From a virus (Duplodnaviria; Caudoviricetes), in the IMG/VR virus record IMGVR_UViG_3300006162_000017, positions 1 through 53,461 of that record: a stretch of DNA of 53,461 bases; one strand, given 5' to 3'. The notes under the pieces were generated by a model. It did not search any database. It worked only from the letters and a program-made list of their open reading frames with translations, and had not been told where the DNA came from. Both the position numbers and the translations under genes were made by a program. Shown piece by piece: positions 27,066-35,015 of the stretch; position 1 is the stretch's first letter; each line of letters starts with the position of its first letter.

Positions 27066-27694
27066 CAGTCGAGCATGGGGAGGGGGAGATGACTCCCGAT
27101 CAGATTGAAATTTCTCGCCAGCGCAGAGGAAATCGCAGGAAAGGAGACGCAATCGTGAGCAGACCGGAAGAAGCATGGGAGCGTAGCGATGATGACAAAG
27201 CCGCCTCCCCGGAGGAAGCGCCTGCGGTTGGGTGGAAACTGGTTCCCGTGGAGCCGACGCGGGAAATGCTGTTAGCTGGATGGCAAGAGGGCAGCTTCAG
27301 CACGCAAGAACTAGCAACACACTACCGCGCCATGCTCGCCGCCGCGCCGCAGAAGGAAGCGCAGCCCGAGGCGAAGGCTGCTCCGGTGGCTGATGGCGAC
27401 CGAAAGATGCTTGTGGAGATTCTTGCTGACCTCGACCTTACCTACTGGAATTGCGAGCGATGTGGGTATGCGGAATCAACATCAACGATGGATGTTGCGT
27501 ACATGCTGCGCGACTACCTTGCTGACCACCCCTCCCCCGAGGCGGGGCGGATTGAGGCGAAGGATGCCCCGGAGGGATACGTGGTCCTTTACCCGGACGG
27601 TCGCTTTGGGCGAATGTGGGAGCACCCCGTCGTAGTTACAGACTACGACGAGCGGCAGTTCGCGCTCTACCCCATGCAAAAGGAGCAGCCATGA
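27062..27694 (+). CDS. accessory protein of a type common in lambdoid phages
   Basis: GWKLVPVEPTREML...YRAMLAAAP motif; GC-rich. Confidence 0.65.
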   Translation: MTVEHGEGEMTPDQIEISRQRRGNRRKGDAIVSRPEEAWERSDDDKAASPEEAPAVGWKLVPVEPTREMLLAGWQEGSFSTQELATHYRAMLAAAPQKEAQPEAKAAPVADGDRKMLVEILADLDLTYWNCERCGYAESTSTMDVAYMLRDYLADHPSPEAGRIEAKDAPEGYVVLYPDGRFGRMWEHPVVVTDYDERQFALYPMQKEQP

Positions 27695-27960
27695 CCCAAG
27701 ACGCCGGGAAGGTGGTGGCAGAGGTCTGTTCCTGTCCACCGGAAGGCTACAACGAGGGAGGCATCATCTGGCTCAAGCCGCTGCCACCTGACGGCACGCA
27801 ACTCGTCCTCGCCTCCGACTATGAGGCGATGAAGGCCGAGCGGGACAGGCTGCGTTATGCGCTAGAAATCGTAGCCGGACTACGACAACCAGCAGACAAC
27901 CTAATGAGCAACGCGGACATCGCCAGCGCCGCCCTTGCCGCGAAGGAGACGCCGAAGTGA
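27691..27960 (+). CDS. hypothetical protein
   Basis: AGGAG RBS before MTQDAG; GC-rich. Confidence 0.6.
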   Translation: MTQDAGKVVAEVCSCPPEGYNEGGIIWLKPLPPDGTQLVLASDYEAMKAERDRLRYALEIVAGLRQPADNLMSNADIASAALAAKETPK

Positions 27961-28391
27961 ATCCCTGCGAAACCTGCGGCAAGCCGTCTACCTACACGTC
28001 CTGCCTGACCATCATCCCGAAGCACTGGTGCGCAGAGCATGGGCCGTTTACCGACCTCCAATCCACTGCGGCCAAGCTGCGAACGGAGGCAGAGATCGCC
28101 TCCCTCCGCTCCCGCCTCGCCGTCCTCGAAGTCGCGCAAGAGCAGCACAACGCGGTGCTACAGGCAAAGGCTCTCGAATGCGAGAAGGCGCTGGCGAGGG
28201 TGAGGGATGAGGCGCTGGAAAAGGCAATTAAAATATGTGAAAAAATGGCATCTACATATAGAAAAAGGGGGGCAGAGATTCGAGAAACAACGGCATGGGA
28301 ATGTGCTGATGAGATACGAATCTTAAAAAAGGAAACTTTAGAAAAATACCATGGGTATTTAGGTGCTCAGGGAGAAGGGGAAGAGCTATGA
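27957..28391 (+). CDS. hypothetical protein (N-terminal CxxC, coiled coil)
   Basis: GTGA overlap; GC-to-AT switch mid-gene. Confidence 0.6.
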   Translation: MNPCETCGKPSTYTSCLTIIPKHWCAEHGPFTDLQSTAAKLRTEAEIASLRSRLAVLEVAQEQHNAVLQAKALECEKALARVRDEALEKAIKICEKMASTYRKRGAEIRETTAWECADEIRILKKETLEKYHGYLGAQGEGEEL

Positions 28392-28409
28392 ACAATAAAA
28401 ATAAAAACC

Positions 28410-28580
28410 ATGACATACGAAGAAGCACTTGACATAATCAAATTATTGTTGTATACTTACAATGAAAGGGGGTATGTAAACCCCCAAGATTTTGAGAAAG
28501 TAAGGGAGGCGTTGTTCATACTTGAGTTACGCAAAAGAACAGAAATACCGCTCGAAGAAACTTCTGGAGGCAGCGCGTGA
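28410..28580 (+). CDS. small hypothetical protein (56 aa)
   Basis: MTYEEALDIIK... fills gap. Confidence 0.45.
   Translation: MTYEEALDIIKLLLYTYNERGYVNPQDFEKVREALFILELRKRTEIPLEETSGGSA
28429..28457 (+). promoter_or_regulatory. sigma70 promoter
   Basis: TTGACA-17 nt-TATACT. Confidence 0.7.
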
Positions 28581-28827
28581 CTGTCCTTTCTGTTTTGGGT
28601 GTGGGATGTCAAATGATGGCAGTGTTGTTGCTGCTCATTCAAACCAGCATAGAGATGGCAAAGGGCTTGGAACAAAGTCGCATGACTTTAGGGTGGCTTA
28701 TCTTTGTCATAGGTGCCACACTTTTGTCGATCAATCAACTGGTTCGATAGAAAAGAAACTTGAATTGTGGGAAGAAGCACATAGAGCTACTGTAGGGTAC
28801 TGGTTCCTTTCAGGACTTGTAAAATGA
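28522..28827 (+). CDS. DUF1364/YbcO-like Zn-binding putative nuclease
   Basis: RSKKLLEAAR, CFGC, VVAAHSN, GKGLGTK, AYLCHRCH. Confidence 0.7.
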   Translation: MSYAKEQKYRSKKLLEAARDCPFCFGCGMSNDGSVVAAHSNQHRDGKGLGTKSHDFRVAYLCHRCHTFVDQSTGSIEKKLELWEEAHRATVGYWFLSGLVK

Positions 28828-28997
28828 TTATTACGAATAAAGTAAAATGTAATGTTTGTAATGATATCATAGAGTCAATACATAGACATGATTTTAAGTG
28901 GTGTAAGTGCGGCAATATTGCTGTTGATGGTGGGAAGGATTATTTAAGAAGAGTTGGAAATGTTCGGGAATACACGGAATTATCGGAAGAATCATGA
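28824..28997 (+). CDS. small Zn-ribbon protein (57 aa)
   Basis: KCNVCNDIIES..HDFKWCKCGNIAVDGG. Confidence 0.7.
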   Translation: MIITNKVKCNVCNDIIESIHRHDFKWCKCGNIAVDGGKDYLRRVGNVREYTELSEES

Positions 28998-29122
28998 TAC
29001 CTACTGATCCAGATAGTATTGAGTATATTTTGAGTACAGCCAACATAGATTGGCAAGAGTTTTACGAGGAGCGCGCTATTGACCTACTTGGTGATAGATT
29101 CAGAGAACACTACGTGGAGTAA
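28994..29122 (+). CDS. small acidic hypothetical protein
   Basis: ATGA overlap; 42 aa. Confidence 0.4.
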   Translation: MIPTDPDSIEYILSTANIDWQEFYEERAIDLLGDRFREHYVE

Positions 29123-30197
29123 AGGTGATCCGCATGACCAAAGAAACAAAAACGTCTGCTGGTCTTTCAAAGAGTCAGGTAAAGAGGCTGTCTGTACAAA
29201 TGAAAAGAAAGAAGTTAGAGAAGCAGTACAAAGAGCTGGGACGCTCGTTGGATTCCACCTTGGGTATGACCTTGAATGGCTTTGGAAAGAAGGAATAGAT
29301 ACAGAAGGTAAGAAGTTTTTTTGTTGTCAGGTAGCTGAATTTGTACTCAATTCGTACACTACACCATATCCGTCATTAAATGACGTAGCCCAAAAATATT
29401 TAAACAGGCAGAAACTGGATGTAGTAGAGAAAGAGTACTGGTCCAAGGGAATAAATACAGATCAAATTCCTTGGGACATATTAGCCGAGTACGCACGCCG
29501 TGACGTTGAACTTACGGAAGCTGTGTACTTAAAACAACTAAAATTAATTCCGGCAAGTAAACAGAAGTTAATTAGTTTGAAAATGCAGGACATGGCAGTA
29601 CTCGCAGAGATGCGCTTTGCTGGCATGAAGTTTGATAGGGAATACGCTGAACAACAAGCAACGAGAATCCGACAAGAGATTCAGGAAATCCAATCAAGAC
29701 TTAACTTACTCCATAATATCCCTTCCTTTAATTGGGCTTCTGGGGATCATTTATCTGCCCTTCTCTATGGTGGGGAGATTGTTGAGAAAAAGAGAGTTCC
29801 GATAGGAAAGTACAAGAGCGGAGCGAAGGTCGGTGAAAATAGATACCAGATCCAAGAAGAAGTTCATTCTCTTCCCAGATTGTATAAACCAATTCGTGGA
29901 AGTGAATTAAAAAAAGGAGGAGTGTGGTCAACTGACGAAGATACTCTTAAGAAGCTAGACGATGGCACAGAACTGATCGGAGGTATCTTAAAGTTACGGG
30001 AGTTGTCCAAACTTGTCGGAACATACTATGAAGGAATTCCAGAACTGGCTAGAGAGTCCTTTTGGCCTGAAGGCTACCTGTATGGCAATTTTAATCAGTG
30101 TGTTGCTGCAACTGGTAGGCTTAGCTCTAGCCGTCCTAACCTTCAGAACATTAGTGGAGACGCTCTAAAGATGTTTACATCGAGATGGGAGGAATGA
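29079..30197 (+). CDS. family A DNA polymerase, part 1 (3'-5' exonuclease, thumb, start of palm)
   Basis: ExoI DSE, ExoII YDL, ExoIII YARRD, FNWAS, STDE, TGRLSSSRPNLQN; GAGGAG plus TTG. Confidence 0.9.
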   Translation: MTYLVIDSENTTWSKGDPHDQRNKNVCWSFKESGKEAVCTNEKKEVREAVQRAGTLVGFHLGYDLEWLWKEGIDTEGKKFFCCQVAEFVLNSYTTPYPSLNDVAQKYLNRQKLDVVEKEYWSKGINTDQIPWDILAEYARRDVELTEAVYLKQLKLIPASKQKLISLKMQDMAVLAEMRFAGMKFDREYAEQQATRIRQEIQEIQSRLNLLHNIPSFNWASGDHLSALLYGGEIVEKKRVPIGKYKSGAKVGENRYQIQEEVHSLPRLYKPIRGSELKKGGVWSTDEDTLKKLDDGTELIGGILKLRELSKLVGTYYEGIPELARESFWPEGYLYGNFNQCVAATGRLSSSRPNLQNISGDALKMFTSRWEE

Positions 30198-30460
30198 TGC
30201 GGTGTGATGAATGTAAGTTTAGTAAGGTTAAGACTACTTTAGCTCCTGATAAGGAACTGGTTTCACAGAGGTTTTGTATGTTCAATCTGCCATCTGTCCA
30301 GCTCATTCCTACCCAACATGGGCCAGCTAGGATCAGTTTCAGGCCAGAAGTAGAAGATGATGATTTCTGTAAGGAGTTCGTAAAGAAACCCGGAAAGGCC
30401 AATGTACATGCAATCTTCAATGAATCAGAGTCAGCAGGAACAGGCCCTGTCGCTGAGTAG
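30194..30460 (+). CDS. small Cys-containing protein between the polymerase halves
   Basis: CDEC...FCMF...PEVEDDDFCKEF; GGAGG RBS. Confidence 0.65.
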   Translation: MMRCDECKFSKVKTTLAPDKELVSQRFCMFNLPSVQLIPTQHGPARISFRPEVEDDDFCKEFVKKPGKANVHAIFNESESAGTGPVAE

Positions 30461-30752
30461 TCTGTACATCCAGACGTTTGGTGCTAGGACCTATCTGGAT
30501 GCCTTTAAGGATGCTTTCCCAAGAGAGTGTCAGAACCTTGTAGATGTAATTATAGGGCAACAGAAGAAAAAGGGAGTTTTGCTAGATGCTGGTAGTTTGC
30601 GACGCAAGCCAGTTAGAGTGGAGGATACTGCTCCTGCTGAGCGGAGACCAAGTAGGTATCCGGGAGATCGTGGAGGGGCAGGACGTACACGGAAACAACC
30701 AGAAGGAACTGAAGCTGCCGTCACGCCTGATAGCAAAGATCTTCCTGTTTAG
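30402..30752 (+). CDS. hypothetical protein between the polymerase halves, overlapping part 2
   Basis: open frame covering the rest of the gap. Confidence 0.45.
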   Translation: MYMQSSMNQSQQEQALSLSSLYIQTFGARTYLDAFKDAFPRECQNLVDVIIGQQKKKGVLLDAGSLRRKPVRVEDTAPAERRPSRYPGDRGGAGRTRKQPEGTEAAVTPDSKDLPV

Positions 30753-31299
30753 GACTATCTTCAGGGGGTCTGGGTGGGCGTTTGCCAAGGACAATGATTT
30801 CAGGCATATCAGCGATGATCCGAAGTTCTGGGATGAACGGAATGAAGCTTTCTATAGAAAATACTGGGAGATAGACAGATGCCATCAGACGTGGGCAATG
30901 CAAGTGATGAAGAACCATTTCATGTCCGGACCCTCGGGGGCGACATGGGAGATCTCGCCAAAAGAAGATGGCAACATACCATGGACGCAATTGACCAACT
31001 ACCCCGTTCAGGGAACAGCGGCGGACTTAATGTCAATAGCTCGTGTTTCCCTAAGGAACCGCCTCCGGGCTGGGAAATTACAATCATTCTTGACCAGCAC
31101 GGTACACGATTCACTTATAGTGGATGGGCCTGCATCTGAGCTTGACAAAGTAGCAGAATTAATGTACAATACGTTCTATAGTCTTGTACCTAATATGAAG
31201 AAATTGTGGGGAATAGAGAGTCCAATCCCGTTTCCCTGTGAAGTAAAGTACGGCCCTAATCAAGGAGATCTGGTTAAGTATGGAAACGATCCACATTGA
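30586..31299 (+). CDS. family A DNA polymerase, part 2 (motifs A, B, C)
   Basis: DASQLEWR, RLIAK, NYPVQGTAAD, TVHDS; GGGAG RBS. Confidence 0.9.
   Translation: MLVVCDASQLEWRILLLLSGDQVGIREIVEGQDVHGNNQKELKLPSRLIAKIFLFRTIFRGSGWAFAKDNDFRHISDDPKFWDERNEAFYRKYWEIDRCHQTWAMQVMKNHFMSGPSGATWEISPKEDGNIPWTQLTNYPVQGTAADLMSIARVSLRNRLRAGKLQSFLTSTVHDSLIVDGPASELDKVAELMYNTFYSLVPNMKKLWGIESPIPFPCEVKYGPNQGDLVKYGNDPH
31142..31170 (+). promoter_or_regulatory. intragenic sigma70 promoter
   Basis: TTGACA-17 nt-TACAAT inside pol part 2. Confidence 0.65.
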
Positions 31300-31732
31300 G
31301 ATTTTGAACATTGCTGTTGACAAGGTAAAGACCTATCAACAGATGACAGTAACGTATAAGACCCCAGAGGGTAAGCTTGACTCCAAGAAGATCATGGATT
31401 TTGTCAAGCCAACCAATGTTTGGGATGCTCTAGTTAAGGCTAATCCGGGGGATACGTTCACTGTTGAACGTGAAAAGAACGCCAAGGGATATTGGGATTG
31501 GAAGGAAATCCATCGTCAGGATGGGACAGTAGCAGCGGGGGCACCTGTGGCAGGACATTCATATGAAGACAAGAGACAGAAGTTTATTATCCGCCAGAGT
31601 TGTCTGGCGCAAGCAGTAGCTTTAAGCAGGAAGCCCACGGAACCTGATGAAATTAATTATCTGGAAGAAGTGGGAGAGATTTTAAGTCTAGCAGAAGAGT
31701 TTGAAAAGTGGGTACTCAGGGAGACTGTATAA
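31280..31732 (+). CDS. putative ssDNA-binding or annealing protein
   Basis: beta-rich N-terminus, IIRQS motif; position between pol and exonuclease. Confidence 0.45.
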   Translation: METIHIEILNIAVDKVKTYQQMTVTYKTPEGKLDSKKIMDFVKPTNVWDALVKANPGDTFTVEREKNAKGYWDWKEIHRQDGTVAAGAPVAGHSYEDKRQKFIIRQSCLAQAVALSRKPTEPDEINYLEEVGEILSLAEEFEKWVLRETV

Positions 31733-31923
31733 TGTATCAAATCGTAAATCTAAAGAACAACAGAGCACTTAAGGTTAAGTTTAATTCGTACCATGCAGCA
31801 TACGGCCATGTTCGTAAGCTGATCCGTAAGATGACCGATGCCCGTGCTAATGGTCAGCCAATTAATGGTTTCGGTGATTTCGGGATTGACGCTTTTGGGT
31901 ACGGTGTCCGTAAGGTAAACTAA
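31732..31923 (+). CDS. small basic hypothetical protein
   Basis: GGAG RBS; TAATG coupling. Confidence 0.6.
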   Translation: MYQIVNLKNNRALKVKFNSYHAAYGHVRKLIRKMTDARANGQPINGFGDFGIDAFGYGVRKVN

Positions 31924-31928
31924 AAGGA

Positions 31929-31983
31929 TTGCGGCGCAGCGGATGCTGCTTAATAGCTATTAGGAAGGTCCATAGCACCGCGA
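31929..31983 (+). ncRNA. candidate three-way-junction RNA leader
   Basis: TTGCGG/CCGCGA closes GCAGC/GCTGC and GCTAT/ATAGC hairpins. Confidence 0.4.
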
Positions 31984-31988
31984 CTATT

Positions 31989-32747
31989 ATGGTACTAATT
32001 GACGGTGATATTATCAGTTACAGATGTGCCGCTAGTTGTGAACCAACTAAAGAAAGACAGGAGTTACTAGACCTTGACACAGCAATCCAACGAGCAGATG
32101 AGCTCGTTTATCGCATCCTCGATTCATGTGGAGCTTCAGAGTATAGAGTCTTTCTCTCCGGCTCTGAAAATTTTAGAAAGCTTATCTGCCCAAGCTACAA
32201 AGCTAACCGTATTCAAGAGAAACCAAGATACCTTGATTCCGTTCATGACTTTCTCTTTAAAGAATGGAATGCTGAAGTCTCAGCCGGATGCGAAGCTGAC
32301 GACCGAATTGGAATCGCAGCTAAAGGCGATTTTATCATCGCAAGCATCGACAAGGATTTTAAGCAGATCCCCGGAAGACACTACAACTTCGTTAAAGACG
32401 TTCATTTTGAAGTCAATGAACAAGACGCCACTAGGTTCTTTTATAGCCAGATGCTTGCTGGGGACCGCAGCGATAATGTTAGTGGAATACCCGGAATCGG
32501 TGAAGTCAAATCCACAAGAGCCCTTCAGGGTTTATCTCCCCAAGAGATGGACGCCTGCGTTCGAGATTACTACGAAAGAACCTACGGAGACTTGGACCAA
32601 TTCTTTCTTACTCACCTGCTGCTACGTATCTTAAGAAAAGAAGAGGAACTAGAAGAAATTGAAGCCGCAATCAGCCAAGGCGAAAGGCCGCAAATTACAG
32701 CAATATGTAGTTTCGAGGATACTGAGCTACTTCCCGAGCTTGACTGA
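31989..32747 (+). CDS. 5'-3' exonuclease (T7 gp6/FEN-like)
   Basis: LIDGD, YKANR, EADD, SIDKD, GDRSDNVSGIPGIG. Confidence 0.9.
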   Translation: MVLIDGDIISYRCAASCEPTKERQELLDLDTAIQRADELVYRILDSCGASEYRVFLSGSENFRKLICPSYKANRIQEKPRYLDSVHDFLFKEWNAEVSAGCEADDRIGIAAKGDFIIASIDKDFKQIPGRHYNFVKDVHFEVNEQDATRFFYSQMLAGDRSDNVSGIPGIGEVKSTRALQGLSPQEMDACVRDYYERTYGDLDQFFLTHLLLRILRKEEELEEIEAAISQGERPQITAICSFEDTELLPELD

Positions 32748-33009
32748 GCGTGACGTTAAATCAACATCAATGGGAAAACCCGGAGCAGACATTGAACTCT
32801 CAGAAGCAGCCAGCAGACTACTACACTATAACTTTGAATGCAAATCTAGGGCACGAAGCAGTATTTACGGAGACTTTGACCAAGCCGCTGAAAGGATTTC
32901 CCAAGGAGAAACTCCGTGCGTTGTTATCAAGATTAATGGAAGATCTCCACTCGCTGTGATAGACCTAGAGGTATTTCTAAAACTAAATGCAAATCAAAAA
33001 AACATTTGA
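32659..33009 (+). CDS. PD-(D/E)xK endonuclease, Holliday junction resolvase-like
   Basis: SAKAKGR, GADI, FECK. Confidence 0.75.
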   Translation: MKPQSAKAKGRKLQQYVVSRILSYFPSLTERDVKSTSMGKPGADIELSEAASRLLHYNFECKSRARSSIYGDFDQAAERISQGETPCVVIKINGRSPLAVIDLEVFLKLNANQKNI

Positions 33010-33178
33010 GCACCGGGATGGAACACTTCTGTTCGAGGCGGAGCTTACGCCAGAAGAAGTATCTATGGTAGTTGAGGTTGGTCTAAACACTTTGTTTGCT
33101 AATGGCTCTATTCCATTTACTAAAGTAGATGCAAAGGATATAGCTAAGGTAGGCCCATTATCGGATAGCGTAAATTGA
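32987..33178 (+). CDS. hypothetical protein
   Basis: 63 aa ORF overlapping neighbours. Confidence 0.6.
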   Translation: MQIKKTFEHRDGTLLFEAELTPEEVSMVVEVGLNTLFANGSIPFTKVDAKDIAKVGPLSDSVN

Positions 33179-33927
33179 AGATCTTGTTTCTTGACATAGA
33201 AACAGCTCCCAATGTAGGATATGTCTGGGATCTATGGAATCAGAATATTGGACTTAACCAACTAGCAGCCCCTAGCTATACTCTTTGCTGGGCGGCCAAG
33301 TGGTATGACGGAAAAGAAATTTTCTTTGATTCTCTTGAAACTTCTCCAAAGAAGAAGATGATTGCCGGGATACACAAGCTTCTTGATGAGGCTGACGTAG
33401 TTGTCCATTTCAATGGCACTAGGTTCGATATCCCAACGCTGAACAAAGAGTTCATAGAAAATGACTTTTTACCACCATCTCCATATAAACAGGTGGATCT
33501 TTACAAGACTTCCAAGCAATTTAAGTTCCCTAGCCACAAGCTAGCATACATAGTAGAAGCCCTTGGCATCGGGCATAAACTAAAGCATCAGGGACAAGAA
33601 CTATGGACAGGGTGTATGAACAATGACCCTGTGTGCTGGAAGATAATGAAAAAGTACAACATCAATGATGTAAAGCTTCTTGCCGTACTTTATGAGAAGT
33701 TCCTTCCTTGGATAAAGGGGCATACGAATCATGGGTTCTTTAGTAGCGGTGCTAGTATTACTTGCCGTAATTGTGGTAGTGACAGAATCCAACGACGAGG
33801 AGTAGCTAGAACTGCTCTAGGAACCTTTACCAGATTCCAGTGTCAGGACTGTGGAACTTGGTCTAGAGACAATGTAAACTTATTAGATAAAGAAACAAAG
33901 GATAAATTATTAAGGCAGATAACATAA
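33175..33927 (+). CDS. DnaQ/RNase H-fold 3'-5' exonuclease with C-terminal Zn ribbon
   Basis: LDIET, HFNGTRFD, YNIND, CRNC...CQDC. Confidence 0.85.
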   Translation: MKILFLDIETAPNVGYVWDLWNQNIGLNQLAAPSYTLCWAAKWYDGKEIFFDSLETSPKKKMIAGIHKLLDEADVVVHFNGTRFDIPTLNKEFIENDFLPPSPYKQVDLYKTSKQFKFPSHKLAYIVEALGIGHKLKHQGQELWTGCMNNDPVCWKIMKKYNINDVKLLAVLYEKFLPWIKGHTNHGFFSSGASITCRNCGSDRIQRRGVARTALGTFTRFQCQDCGTWSRDNVNLLDKETKDKLLRQIT

Positions 33928-34082
33928 TGGTGTATTTAAATACACTTTGGCTAGCTTTGTTCTCCTATGTATTTGTTGTAGGAATGCTACAGGACAAAGA
34001 GGAGCTAGCTACCTTTACTAGATTTTTGATGGTAGGAACAATTCTATTATTCGGAGCTAACATATGTTCCTTGCTCTTTTAA
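33927..34082 (+). CDS. 51-aa two-helix membrane protein
   Basis: TAATG coupling; two hydrophobic segments; precedes spanins. Confidence 0.5.
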   Translation: MVYLNTLWLALFSYVFVVGMLQDKEELATFTRFLMVGTILLFGANICSLLF

Positions 34083-34456
34083 CGAACAAATATGTTCTTG
34101 GCGCAATAGCCATCCTAGCTATTCTAGGCGGGGTATTCTACTACGGGTATTCAATAGAAGAAAAGAAATTCAGTGCCTACAGACAGGAACTGGAAGCCAA
34201 GACTAATTTAGTAGATACTTTAATCTCACAAAGAGATGAAGCAATTGCTACAAAGACAGTGGAAGAGAAGGTGGTAGTCCAAACCAAGATACAAAAGGTG
34301 CAGAATGATGTTGAAAAGATTGTGGAAAAGCCTATCTATAGGAACGTGTGTCTTGATGATGATGGCCTGCGCGCAGCCAACAGTGCGCTTACGGCCGGAG
34401 CCACTGCCACCGGAAGCACTCCTGCAGAAGTGCCAGTCCCTAACCCCGCTAAGTGA
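34064..34456 (+). CDS. Rz: inner-membrane spanin (Rz-like)
   Basis: N-terminal TM, coiled coil, VEKPIYRNVCLDDDG. Confidence 0.75.
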   Translation: MFLALLTNKYVLGAIAILAILGGVFYYGYSIEEKKFSAYRQELEAKTNLVDTLISQRDEAIATKTVEEKVVVQTKIQKVQNDVEKIVEKPIYRNVCLDDDGLRAANSALTAGATATGSTPAEVPVPNPAK

Positions 34457-34601
34457 TGGTACCTCTGGTACTGTATTGAAGAAGATTGTAGAAGTATCTG
34501 GACAATATTATGACTGTGCGCTAACTCATAATAATCTAGTAGACGCAATAAAGGCAAATCATGACATTGCAGGATCTAATCCTTCAGCTCAAAAACCTTG
34601 A
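34305..34601 (+). CDS. Rz1: outer-membrane spanin lipoprotein (Rz1-like)
   Basis: overlaps Rz in +1 frame; lipobox-like MMAC, Pro-rich, YYDCA..H..L. Confidence 0.75.
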   Translation: MMLKRLWKSLSIGTCVLMMMACAQPTVRLRPEPLPPEALLQKCQSLTPLSDGTSGTVLKKIVEVSGQYYDCALTHNNLVDAIKANHDIAGSNPSAQKP

Positions 34602-34812
34602 TGAAGTAACACTTCTGGAAGTTTTAGACTTGCATTCTGATGAAATAGTGGATCAGTTTGAATGGCTGATAGAAGAGAGATATGACCAGCTTATCGGGAA
34701 AGTCGAAGATCCCCGGGAGGAGCCTAGAGAAGAAAGAAAAGAGCTCTCAGGACACCTTTCGTGGGAAGCACCGGACAAAGAAACATCATTTGAATTCGAT
34801 TTTGATGAATGA
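34561..34812 (+). CDS. hypothetical acidic protein
   Basis: DEVTLLEVLDL motif. Confidence 0.65.
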   Translation: MTLQDLILQLKNLDEVTLLEVLDLHSDEIVDQFEWLIEERYDQLIGKVEDPREEPREERKELSGHLSWEAPDKETSFEFDFDE

Positions 34813-34829
34813 CGCAGAGGAGCAGATTG

Positions 34830-35015
34830 ATGAATATTCAAGACAGAGTGACCTCGATACTTGAGACGTACGCAGTAGCTATCGAGCACGCAGCAGAGCA
34901 TGAGAAAGAGATTATCTCTAGTACAGTACATTCGGAATTAGCTAAGATTGAAGCTATGGTACATGGACTAGTAGCTCAACTAAAGGCTAAGCTGAATGCA
35001 ACAACCAAGGTTTAA
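34830..35015 (+). CDS. hypothetical protein
   Basis: GAGGAG RBS before ATG 34830. Confidence 0.6.
   Translation: MNIQDRVTSILETYAVAIEHAAEHEKEIISSTVHSELAKIEAMVHGLVAQLKAKLNATTKV

Noticed and set aside
30198-30585. Group I intron in the polymerase, as in LUZ24
   Set aside because: No recognisable P7 core or homing endonuclease; gap is filled by ORFs and part 2 has its own RBS. Not formally excluded without a covariance search
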